64,000 nt of DNA from Glaucostegus cemiculus (lineage: Eukaryota). Positions within the stretch are counted from its first letter, which is position 1; every line of letters starts with the position of its first letter. Where the stretch lies: positions 2,170,001 through 2,234,000 of the forward strand of contig CDPCPM010000033.1 of NCBI GenBank assembly GCA_976551045.1, written 5' to 3'. Of this stretch, positions 24,931 through 36,606 are shown in pieces. The position numbers were made by a program, and so were the translations under genes. The notes below the pieces were generated by a model, which worked only from the letters and a program-made list of their open reading frames with translations, was not told the origin of the DNA and did no database searches.

Positions 24931-26954
24931 CAACAGATAATTGCATTTACAGCAGAACAGTGGCTCTACTTTTAAATAAATGATACTTTCTTTATGAAGA
25001 GAGTGCCACTGAGAGTGAAAGTGAATGAATTTTGTTAAATTATGTACAGAGGGTAAGACATTTGCTTGTGTGCATTGTGGTTGCACTTGATGGTGTTCCC
25101 CATATATATCTTGCTTGTGGTACACCTAACCTGCTGCCATATGCTCTCCTATTTAAAGGACTTGCACAGGTGATTGGCAGTGCTGCCAAGCAACTATTTT
25201 TAGGAGTTATGAAAGACCTGCAATCTGTATCAGTGTCTAACTGCAGTGCATGTGCCTCAATGCTAGAGGTATCTTTTACCTGAATCCTGTTGGTTTATTG
25301 CCTTCTGAATTGCATCGAGCAATGGTGTGGTGCAGAAATATTGCTAATGTATATGCCAATTACCTGCAGCTCTGATAGGCTGCACTGACACTGGTAAGGT
25401 GTATTGCAGGATAAAGCAGATCATGGTATCTTTTCCCATTAGATGCCTCAAGCTGCTTTTTGTTGAGTCAAGCAATAAGTGCATCTTGAAATTAGAATAC
25501 CCATTCCTATTAGAGACTTTAGACATGCTTGTAAGATGTTTATGTTGGTCTCTGATCTACTTAACTAAGGACTCCATTAGTGTATAAATCTCCTCAAAGA
25601 GAAGTGGCAAAGTGGGTAACTATCTTTCTCTGACATTACGCCTGTGGAAGCCGTCATCTCTGGTTGGGTGATCCTTTCTTTTGGTGGGTAGCCTGATTGG
25701 CTGACATATACTTCTATCAATTAGGATAACCGACATGAAGTAGGAACATTATCCATTTGTATCCTGGTTTTGGACTCCTTCATACTCCACGGTATTCAGA
25801 TTACCCTTCACCATCATATGCAATGAGGGAAGAACTGATTAATACAGCTTTCATTCTCTACTAGACCTAGTTTCACAACAGGCCCACTGCACAAGGGCAC
25901 CTAGCATGCCAGATCTTCACTCAAGACCAGATGACCTCACTCATCTGTGATTACTGATGCCCCATTTATCACACTGATTCCTTTAATTCTCCTGAGTTTA
26001 TAACTGTGTTCAAAACTGGTGTTAAGGGTTGATAAGAGTGTGTAATATTCTCTGGATATGCATGACAAAAACCAGATACTCGTTGGTCTCTAAGCAGAGC
26101 ATACATTTATCTCATATAGTAAGAGTGAATGAGCATGCCCACATGGTATTGTCACTGAAAGGAATCCTCTCTGCTTCCATGTCCTAGTGGCCATCATTCA
26201 CATGGAAGTGAATATAAATAAAAAATTCACTCTCCTGAACCATTTCATTCATGCATAATTCTCACCCAGTACCCAAGCAGAGATTCAGGAATCATTAAAT
26301 AGCAGTCCAGTCAACAACAAAAGGTTATTTCCTCTCCCAAAAGGAATTGGAGCTAATCCGGAACCCTCCATGCCAACTCAGCATGACACAGGCCTGGGTT
26401 CAAATCTGAGATCAAACTGAATATAAATTGCACATCTGATCGAAGACCAGGTTCAATACTTACCCCAAGTTTTGTTTTTTTCACAAGAAGATTAACCAGA
26501 CAACTGGTTAATCATCCTGTTGAACTTCTTTGGAGCATTACAATGCTGTATGCCCAAGGTCTTGAATGAGTGGGGACTTTCCACGCTGACACAGAAGGAG
26601 GTCATTTGCAAGCAACAAACAATCTGCAGGAGGAACTCAGTGGGTTGAGCAGCATCTGTGTGGGAAAAGGAATTGTCAACAAGGTCATTTGGTTCATTTG
26701 GGCCATGCTAATTCCTCACAGAGCAATCTATTCAGTCCCTGTATATTTTTCCCCCCATTGCAACCAGTGCTCTGAAATCAGGCCCACGGTGTTAATGGAA
26801 TGGATCTTAAAAATCTACTTCTCTAAAATCTGTGCCATTAACACGGTGGGGCTGTTTCCACCGTATAAGTGGCCCCCACACATCAGAGAACCACTTCAGG
26901 CATGCACAGTTTTGCAGTATACAGGAGGATTTGCTGAAGGACAGTCTGGAAGTT

Positions 26955-27090
26955 GGAAAGCAAAAATCTGCAGATGCTGTATATCTGAAATAAAATCAGA
27001 AAGTCCTGGGGACATGCATCAGGTCACATAGTTTCTGTGGTGAGAGGAACAGAGTTAACCTTTCAGGTTGATGACCTTTCATCAGACAGC
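26955..27090 (-). mobile_element. Penelope-pLTR-like repeat with hammerhead core on the minus strand
   Basis: Reverse complement reads CTGATGA-a-aggt-catca-acct-GAAA-ggtt-aactctg and continues to ttttatttcagatatacagcatctgcagatttttgctttc. Confidence 0.7.
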
Positions 27091-27589
27091 CTAAAAGTGT
27101 TTGTTACAATCATTGGGAGCAAAGAGAAAAAAAATCCATCTCTCCCTCATTTAACACAAATCCCATACTACAACAACAAAAGAACATCAGGCCAATTTGT
27201 CACATCCACTTAAACTGAGCAGCCATCTCAGTGCAGTAATATAGACTTTTAGCACATATATTACTGAAATGAAATGAAAGTAGCCTTTAAATAACAATAA
27301 CATAAGGAAAGGCATTATGACTCCCTTGATACCACATTGGGTTTTAGATGGCAAATAGCTGAATTGTACACACTAGGAAGTGTTATTCATAGCATGCTCT
27401 GTTAGCTGTTCTCAGCTAGTGAAGTGCTAGGGCTTCCCTTCCTGCCTCACTGTGTGGCCTCCTCCACCCCTCCCCACTTTGTTCTTCAGTCCCTGGGACA
27501 GAGGGCAGAAATTAACCAAGGTCTCTCAAATTTGATAATTAAGGGTCTTTCCTACAGCTTAACAAGCTTCTTTAGTCTCCTCCACAGTT

Positions 27590-27707
27590 CTTCAACCTGA
27601 AATGTTAGCTCTGTTTATCTTCCCACAGATGCAGCCTGTCCTGCTGAGTATTTCCAGCATTTTCTGCTTTATTTCAGATTTCCAGCATCTGCAGTTTTTT
27701 GACTTTC
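27590..27707 (+). mobile_element. Inverted partner of 26955-27090 (Penelope-pLTR-like)
   Basis: caacctgaaatgttagctctgttt..cacagatgcagcctgtcctgctgagtatttccagcattttctgctttatttcagatttccagcatctgcag. Confidence 0.7.
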
Positions 27708-27802
27708 ACCTTCCTTTGGTAGCGTTTTAACATGAAGAAACTGAGGACAGGTTCGTGCTTGACAGTGAAGTTCATTGATGCTTATCATCAGGTGTAAGAC
27801 AT

Positions 27803-28616
27803 GAATAGAACATAGAACGTAGATACCTACAGCACAATTCAGGCCCTTCAGCCCACAAAGCTGTGCCGAACATGTCCCCACACTATTAGGCTTACCCATA
27901 GCCTTCTATCTTATTTACCTCTGTGTACCTGTCCAACAGTCTCTTGAAAGACCCTAACGTATCCGCCTCCACCACCACCTCCGGCAGCCCATTCCACACA
28001 CTCACCACTCTCTGAGTAAAAAACTTACCCCTAACATCTCCCCTATATCTTCCCCCCAGCACCTTAAACCTATGTCCTCTTGTGGCCACCATTTCAGCCC
28101 TGGGGAAAAGCCTCCGACTATCTACCCTATCCATACCTCTCAACATCTTATACACCTCAATCAGGTCCCCCCTCATCCTCCTTCCCTCCAAGGAGAAAAG
28201 GCCGAGTTCCCGCAACCTGTTCTCATAAGGCATGCTCCTCATTCCAGGCAGCATCCTTGTAAACCTTCTCTGCACCCTCTCTATAGCTTCCACATCCTTC
28301 CTGTAGTGAGGCGACCAGAAATGAACCCATACTCCAGGTGGGGTCTGACCAGGGACCTATACAACTGAACCATTACCTCCCTACTCCTAAATTTAATCCC
28401 TCGACCGATGAAGGACAATACACCATACGCCTTCCTAACCACAGAGTCAACCTGCGCAGCCGCCTTGAGCGTCCTATAGAGTCAGACCCCAAGATCCCTC
28501 TGATCCTCCACACTGCCAAGAGTCTTACCATTAATTCTATATTCCGCCAACCTATTCGACCTACCAAAATGAACCATTTCACATTTATCTGGGTTGAACT
28601 GCATCTGCCATTTCTC
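27803..28616 (-). mobile_element. 5'-truncated CR1/HER1-like LINE, ORF2 C-terminal part with one stop codon and one frameshift
   Basis: Minus strand encodes EKWQMQFNPDKCEMVHFGRSN..DQRDLGV*..LYRSLVRPHLEY, then after a frameshift EAIERVQRRFTRMLPGM..LGLFSLEGRRMRGDLIEVYKM..TRGHRFKV..FFTQRVVSVWNGLP..GYG. Tail is (ttctatg)n. Confidence 0.95.
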
Positions 28617-31600
28617 AGAACAATGACATCTGCGCAGGTTATTGGGAACCATTTGATTTTACTCCAGCAAGGAGTGAATCTCTTCCATAGAACTTGAGTG
28701 GGAAGAAAATCTACTGGAAACTAATCTTAAAAGGAATTTAGTCAAACAACAGCATGCTTATTTCTGTAAAATCTATGACTTGATTTCAAAGCATGACTAT
28801 TACATGCCTTGCGACGATGCCAAATATTTTGTCCTTTGGAAATGGAGCTCAAGGGTTAAGTATTCTGCAACCATAAATACAACAGGACAAAAGAAAGTAT
28901 AAAAATAAGTTGAATTGCCTACCTACCCTCTCGCTTTTTTATCGAAACAATGCAGTGTGTTTTGTAAGTCTTTGCAATGAGAGTGGGTGGGAGTGAGCTG
29001 TGTGCCTTGCCCTTGTCCAGTTTTGGGTCAAAACAAATTGATGCTGATGCAATGAAGCTGGCATCTGGTCAACTCTGTGGGATGAGCTTTGCTGCCAGTG
29101 CAGTCCCCCAGGTGGTTCTGGGCACTGTAATAGCTGGTGTAGGAAAGGCAATGGAAACTGATATCCATAGTTGCTTCATGTAAAATACTTAACAGCAGCA
29201 TTATTTTCTCAGATAAATAGGGGAGATTCCAGATTATTGACGTTTTATTACTTTGCCTGTGCAAGAATGCTTTTCTTCTACTGCTGACATTCAGAGGTTT
29301 ATACAATGCATTACCTAAACATAGAGCCAAAGAAAAATATAGTTCTGTTTCTTTTTAATGCAGAGTTAACTCTCGCACAAGCTATTTTACTAAGCAACAG
29401 AACTTGGACAAATCTTCTTCATCTTGCTTAATTGAGGTCAGTTATGCACCTTCACTGCCAGCCAGACTGAGCCCACATAAGACAGTGCAGAGCAAGGACT
29501 GGACTTTCAGTGTGTGCAGTGTTCAGTATGACACCACATTTATCTGTTGGCCCTTCCAGAAAGTTGAGCTAAGCAGTGACTGGGCTTTTCTGCAAAATGC
29601 TGATGTTTACATATGTAACTGTTGGCATTTCCCTAAGTAAATGAAGGAAAGTTAGGGACTCCCATCTAAGCATGTGGAAACATTGAAATATTGAAATTCC
29701 TCATGGCTTATCATTGCTCACTGCTGTTATTGTGACGTTGGGACTCCTCATAGAGTTTAGCCGTGGAGTATCAACTTCCTGTGTTTCCCAGAAGTTACGC
29801 AGGGAAATCTGCTGGCTGCCAGGTGTTTTTGTGTTTTTAATTACATGTTAAAATAATTTGATTTTTTTTCCACTAGTACTTTTTTCCCACTGGTACTTTT
29901 TAATAGTTCCTTGAATGCTTTTGAATTGGTATGAATGTGAGAAATATGCACAAACATTTAAGTTCCTTGCTAGCTTTGACAGACAGTTTACCCTGGAGGT
30001 GTGTCTTAACCAGCTGTCAAAGCGACTTATAATCAGAAGGCCCTGCACCAATGCAGAACTGTAGGTCAGGGCTAGCTTCATACAGGATATTCCCAGCAGG
30101 CCCAGCAGGCAGGGGGGCAACAACTGTGGACAGCTAGCTGCTTCCAGGAAATTTGGGCCAAATTTTAAATCGAACTTAAAAGCCACTTACTATCTTTATT
30201 TCAATGTCAGTCTGAACTTACAATGGAAGTTGTAATTAAAATTAAATCCATGCCTCTCCTTGTTGCATTGTATTCCTTTCTCTTAACAACTGTGCTATTA
30301 ACAACGCAGAAAGACAGGTGCTTCAGTCATGCCTGGAACGTCTTTGGAATAGTGTGTGGTTCAGTACAGGACAAACATTGAACTGATCCACCATGGGCAT
30401 CTAGCTCAATCAGGGTAGTTGGAAAGTGAAGCATCTCAGATGAGTATGTTAATCTTGACATTTACCCCTAATCATTTCCAACCGGAAGTCAGTAGATTAC
30501 AATCAGCAGTCGGAGCCACAACTAGTTTTGTCTCTTTTCAGAAGGCAAGTACTGAGAACAATTGCAGGGCTTCTGCTACAGTTAGGACGTGAGAGGAATA
30601 TATCCTACTAAACACTTGTCAGGTTTTGGAATCATTGGCCTGATATGGTGGTCAATGTCCATTTGATAAATCCTGTTAAGGGAGAGCTAGAGGGCATCAA
30701 GGGTGAGAAATGCAATGTTTTGGGCAAAAGGCGGGGACATGGGATGAAACAAAATACTCTTTCACATAGCTAGCTAGCCCAGGTACAGTGGGCTGACTTG
30801 CCCCCTCTCTGTTGTAAACTTGCACAATCATGATTATGATGTGATCTCCTACCAAATAGATGCATGAGTCACCACTGCTTAGATATACAGAGGCATGCTT
30901 ACTGTGGGATGTATCAGAGATGCATCACACTTCTGCATTTCCTTATGGCATAGAAGGAGGCCACTCAGCCCATTGAGTCTATACCAGCATCCAGAGCAAT
31001 CCTATCAATCCGATTCCCTGATTTATTTCCCTGCAACCTACCTCTCACTCTTGCTCCTTAATCTCATCACTCCCTCCCATCATCCCAATTCTCCCAACAG
31101 CTGCTAGACTTCTAATTGAAGTTAGATCAATGCCAGCCAGCAGAGGCTCAGATACCAGTTTGCTTCAGTTACATTTGAGTTAACCCCACCCAACTGAACA
31201 ATGCCAGACACAAAGTTCTGGAATAGTTGTGCCAGCAATAATAATACAAACAAAAGTTGGCACGACTCCAAGGTCAGGTTTAGATTTCTCAACGAACAGG
31301 AAAAAATTTGCTGTTTTACCACATGAATTGGGCGGCTTTAAGCTTCAGGTTTCTTTTTAATGCAAGCAAGTTGAAAAGCCCAGTTACATTTGAGTTTCAG
31401 TATATCACTTTAAAATTGTCTCAGGAGTTGGAACATTATGTGGGTGTAAATCATTTATACTGTAAGTTCAGTAATACCATTCCTGCTTGGAGAGAATCCA
31501 TTTGATTGGCATATGTAACTGCTTTGACTTGCAGAGATACTACTGCACATAAGAGTGTTTTAGATGGTTGTGTCATTTATTGCTGCTTTGGTATTAGGTT

Positions 31601-34600
31601 GTTTGTTTTCTTCTTCTTCCCTTCTGGCCTACATTTTGTTTTATGGTCCTCTGACGATAAACAACATTTTTCTAATTTTTATCTGGCCCGAGGCTCATGA
31701 GGAAAATCATTGCATGTTTGTTTTCTTTGACTTGTAAATGTTCAAGCTGTACGTGGCCTGTCTGTCGACTGAAGGGGCTTCTGCTGCAATCCCACGCTCT
31801 TTTACAAATACGTCATCGTAGATCTGTAAGAAGGAAAGCAAATTCTCCCTTTGGCAAGTATCAAGACCTGACGTAGGGCCAGGAGGGGCCTTGACACAGT
31901 GTGCCAATTTTACCCATTCTGCAATTCCTGTGAGCTTCCAAGTGACAAAAGATTTTTCAAGGGGGAATAGATTTATGCTCTGGTTCAGCTTTTGTTGGCA
32001 CCTATATGTTCTCCCGTGGTTGGCCAAGGAAAGGGGAAAATTATACAGAGGTCTTCCACCTTTGCTGCTTTAATTATTTAACCAAGCAGGAACAAGACTC
32101 TCTTCTGCGTCTTGAGGAGCTGTGGTTTGTAAAGGCGAAAATCGCTTCATCATGCCAAACTGAAAGTATGCATAAATTATTTAGTAAAACCTGAGAAAAT
32201 CTGACTACTCTTGGGGAATCTTCCCTGCCTTAGCTGCTTAAATTTCAGAAGAGTGGGCAATTTTCTTTTTCTCTTGAAGAAGGCTATGTACGTTTTCAGA
32301 GTTTTAGTGCAGATCTGCATCAGCTTAGAAGAAATGTGATAAGTGATGTGAGGGATTACTATGCAGTTTCATCCAAATATTAACTGAAATTAACTCTGTT
32401 TTAGGGGAACTTGCCTTTTCTTTCTGAAAACATTATTTTCCAAGGTGGAGAATGATTGGGATTTGTCATCAGAAAAAAATTAAGTGGGGAGGGCTTGTGG
32501 GACTGGGAGTGAGGTTTTGCAGGAAACTTCAGCGTCATGAGTAATAGCACAACAGTAATTGCTTATATTAGCTGAATAGTTCACTGTCATATTTATTTCA
32601 GTTTTGTCAATACATTGAACCATGTCAAGCTATCGATTGGAAATAGTGCCCTGAATCCCTTTTGTTAATGCCATTCTGTCTTTCATATGTATTTGCATTT
32701 CCATAAGTCAAAGAATTGTACTAGCATTAAGGCATAAAAGAAGAAGCACAAGAAGAAACAGGCCGAGCAATGGAGGAGGGGAGAATTGAGCCTTATCATC
32801 CTGTAGTATCCTGTGACATAAATTTATCTTCTGCTGGCTATAAGTAGCAGCATCTATCTCCTCCCCTCTCCAAATATGCATGTTGGAAGTGTGCTGTACT
32901 TATACTAAGGAACTGAAGAAGCTGTAGACATATAGTGTATTAGATAAGATTCCATATAAAGCTAATTACTCCATTCTGGACCTAGTTTTAAACATGCTGT
33001 AATAGTAGTGACATGACAAACAAGTCCCTTCTTACAGTACGAGGTTAAATATCTTATATTACTTACATGTGATTGCTAGTGCAGTAGATGACACTGACTT
33101 AATGAATTACTGACACAACAAATTTCACTCGCTAACCCAGTTTCAAACACTAACAATATTGTACTTTCCCGGCCGATGCTGCAAACGGAATCACGCTGTC
33201 TTCGAGGCCGAGAATATGAAATTAAGTATGGAAAATGTGATATGGCTGTATTCCCAGATTCTCTGTTGCATGCATAAAACAGAATTCTTCTCGACTAGGA
33301 GTGCTACCTCCTCTTTTCACACTAAGTGTTCTAGATGGCAAATGCATGACTTCAGCTGACAAATGCTTGTCAGTTAGTATGTAAATTATCTGCACAAAGC
33401 TATGTAGATACAAAATGCAACAAACTGCACGTAGTGGTGAAAATTGAGACCGAGGCTAAACAACAGTATAAGGCTATAGGTCTTTGGTTGGGGGTGTTAT
33501 TGGAATGAGCTGCCTCACCATGGTTCACAGTGCTACAGGTTCATAATATTCTGTTTTGATAGAGTCAACTGCTGTTGTTAGTGCTCAGAGAGCAGAGGTT
33601 AGTCACCACAGAATGTAATTTCTTCTGATCTGACAGAACTGCAGATTGCTGCTATGGGTTTTCCCTCAGATTTCAGGGAATTGCTTTACGGTGACAAATG
33701 ATTAGCTGTTATCTCCAACTAAATTTGATTCGTACAAGAAGCTGAGTCAGGTAACTTCTTAATGTCCGAGGGTTTCTGACAGGAAATGAAAACAGCTTGT
33801 TGGTCACATGCGCACACAAAAAAAAATCTTCCCTTTCAGAAATAGATTCTGCTTTTTGTTAATTGGACACAGGCTTTACCTCAACTCTTCTGTTTTGCTG
33901 GAAGTGTCTTTTTTTCCAAGAGACTGGGGTTTGGCCTTGGCAAGAATCCCATCTGTGAGAAGGTGGGTGGTAAAAGTAGAGGGAGGGGACTGGGGACTGG
34001 GATGGCATCTAAAAAGATATTGCAGTCTGCAGGCTATTGTGTGAAACTAGTCTGCAATTTCGGAAACTGCAAGCTAGAAATATATCTGCTTACCCACACT
34101 TGACTCCATTTTCCTTTCAGCTGTAAGTGTTGGTACTCTTGATGTGTGCAGCTGAAATCTCAACCTTCAGTTTTAGTGTGGCATTTGTTTTCTTTTGAAG
34201 TTTTTTTAATTTCTGTTTAGTTGAATTTTCTGACACACCAAAGGACATCAACACGTCTTGCTTGGATTCCCTTTTCCTTGATAGATGAATAATGTAATTG
34301 GCCCCTTTTCTGTTACTTTCCCTAAGTGCTGTTGGGTTTTATTTCACAATCAAGGGCAGGTTATAGAATCCACAGATTTATTTGCATGAAAGGATTATGG
34401 AGACACCATCCCATCTGTTGCCTACACACTCTGGATTTTCTTTTATACATAAAAATGTGTTAAAATTCAACATGAATCACACCATGTTGTCTTGGTGAAA
34501 AAAAATAGCTCCAAGCTTTGTTCAAGATATCAAGATAATCAGAGAAATTGAAGAAAGTGGAGAAAATACTTTGAATGGGTTGAAGAATATAATCTTTATC

Positions 34601-35756
34601 TCTGTTAGAGCCAGGGCCTGTGGTTTCTGGTGGAGATCAAATGCTAAAGGCATGACTACTTTCGTAAAGAAACTATAGTGAACTTTAAGAGCTACATTTT
34701 CAAACTTGATAAGCTGTTGAGAAAGAGTCCTTCTCGTTTGTTAGTCGCCACTAGGTTTCTGTTGGTTTCCTGTGTTGAAAGAAACAGCTAACTCTCCTGT
34801 ACTCACGTAAATGTTTCGCTTTTCCTTTTTTTCTCCCTCTTTGAGGGGGAGAGGAAGAATAAAACATTCTAGCTGCCTGACGGTGTCAGATTAAATACTG
34901 AGATGGCGACAGGAAGAAGGCTGGAAGGAAAAACAAAAGACAGAGGGGTGAGAGTTATCAGGTTTTAGGCGGAACGGGATGCTTGTCGGGCTCCAATTTA
35001 CAGAATCCAAACAGATTTTAGTTGACACAATCTGCAATCATTACTGCCAGAGCACAGCTAATTAAGAAATTAGCTTCAGCAATTGTTTGCTTGCATCTTA
35101 TGTGATGAGTAGGTGAATAATGTCTTGCTGCTGATGTACCTAGTGCCAGACATATTCAGCCACATTAATAAAGTACTGTCTTTTTTTTCTTAGGGAGGGT
35201 GTGGGAATATAAAATGTGGTATTTAGTCTTGCTGTAATGACATGTTGGGAAAAACTGAAATATTCTGGACTCATAATCAGTTTTATCCAAATATTTGACT
35301 TGCTTTAGGCTGTCAAAACAATGATGAGCAGAGAAATGTTAACCCTTGCATTACCTGTAAGGGAAGATCCAAACACTGTGTTTATGTAATGGTACATACT
35401 TTAATGGATTTGGGGATCTCTCCAGACAGAGACAGATTGGAAATGGTAATTTAGAAACCATTTATCTTAAGTTCCTGAAAAACTTCTTGTGTGTCAGCCT
35501 CCATTAAAAGTGTGCTTCCAACATTAATATTATCTAATAAAATGTTTGTGATTGATGCTTGTTAAAGGACTATGAATAAACACCTGATTCCATCATAGTC
35601 AGTGTCTTCATGAAGGCCTGTTATAAGCTTAAAGCTCACTTTAAAACCTTTGTCAGAGTATAGGGCAATTTAGAATTCTACACAACTTCTGTACTTGAGC
35701 ATTGGTCTTCAAGTTTCTGTTATTCACTCAATTAGTTTGGAAGTCATCAGATTTCT

Positions 35757-35914
35757 GAATGGTCCTTGAACCCATGAACACTGCTTCGATATTCCTTTTT
35801 TTTGCACTATTTATTTATTTTGTAAGTAATGGTCTTGTCTTTGCACTATACTGCAACCACAGAACGACAAATTTCATGTCATATAAGTCAGTGATTACAA
35901 ACCTGATTCTGATT
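35757..35914 (+). mobile_element. 3' end of a second Rex1/Babar-type family
   Basis: ..acaaatttcatgtcatataagtcagtgattacaaacctgattctgatt, an (ATTCTG)-type tail. Confidence 0.55.
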
Positions 35915-36433
35915 TTTGGTTGTAATACATATATTGTACATCTTGACTGAACCAGTTAATGTCATTGGTATGAAAAGAAAATATCAGAAACTATGTTTTT
36001 TAGTCACCTCAGTTAAATGTAATATTAACTTATCCTCATTCCCAAATATTTACCAACATCTCATGTATGACCATCAAAAGTTTCTCAAATGCCAGTGTTT
36101 TATATGTTCTGTGCAATTAAATGCAAATGGTACTGTGAAACACTAGCCAGTTACTTTCTTTCTACTCTTTTCAAGTAATTTTGCTGAGGAGAAAACTGGG
36201 AAAACTGATTCAGAAGGAGCTCCTGTCCATCTCATATTTAACCAGCCTAACCCCCATGCTCAGAGGGGCAACAGTTCTATTTCCAGCAAAACTCTAGCAG
36301 CATCAAAAAATTCAGCCTCATGCGTCAAAGTATAATAAAGTTTGGGCTGGGATGGCAACATGCATTATTTATTTCAACAGTGCTACTCTGAAAATTAATT
36401 ATTTCTCGTGAGAAATGCAAGGGCGTGAGAGAT

Positions 36434-36606
36434 GATAAGCTTATCTCAATTGAGTCTCCTGTGTGCACACGTGCAAACAGGAACCAGTTGAATTTAACCC
36501 AGCTTGTTTGGAACCACCTCAGACAGGTTCAATAACAAGTTAGTTAAAAATGAAACAGCCCTTTTGTGCATGTGTGCACAGGAGATTTTGTTTAGACGGC
36601 TTTATC
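36434..36606. repeat. ~170-bp imperfect palindrome (ancient MITE-like hairpin element)
   Basis: Left arm gataag..tctcctgtgtgcacacgtgcaaacagg..tttaacccagcttgtttggaacc mirrors right arm ggttcaataacaagttagttaaa..ccttttgtgcatgtgtgcacaggaga..ctttatc. Confidence 0.75.

Noticed and set aside
26570-27031. 153-aa ORF, the longest N-free ORF in the track
   Set aside because: Starts at GTG, spans repeat fragments, and has no domain resemblance
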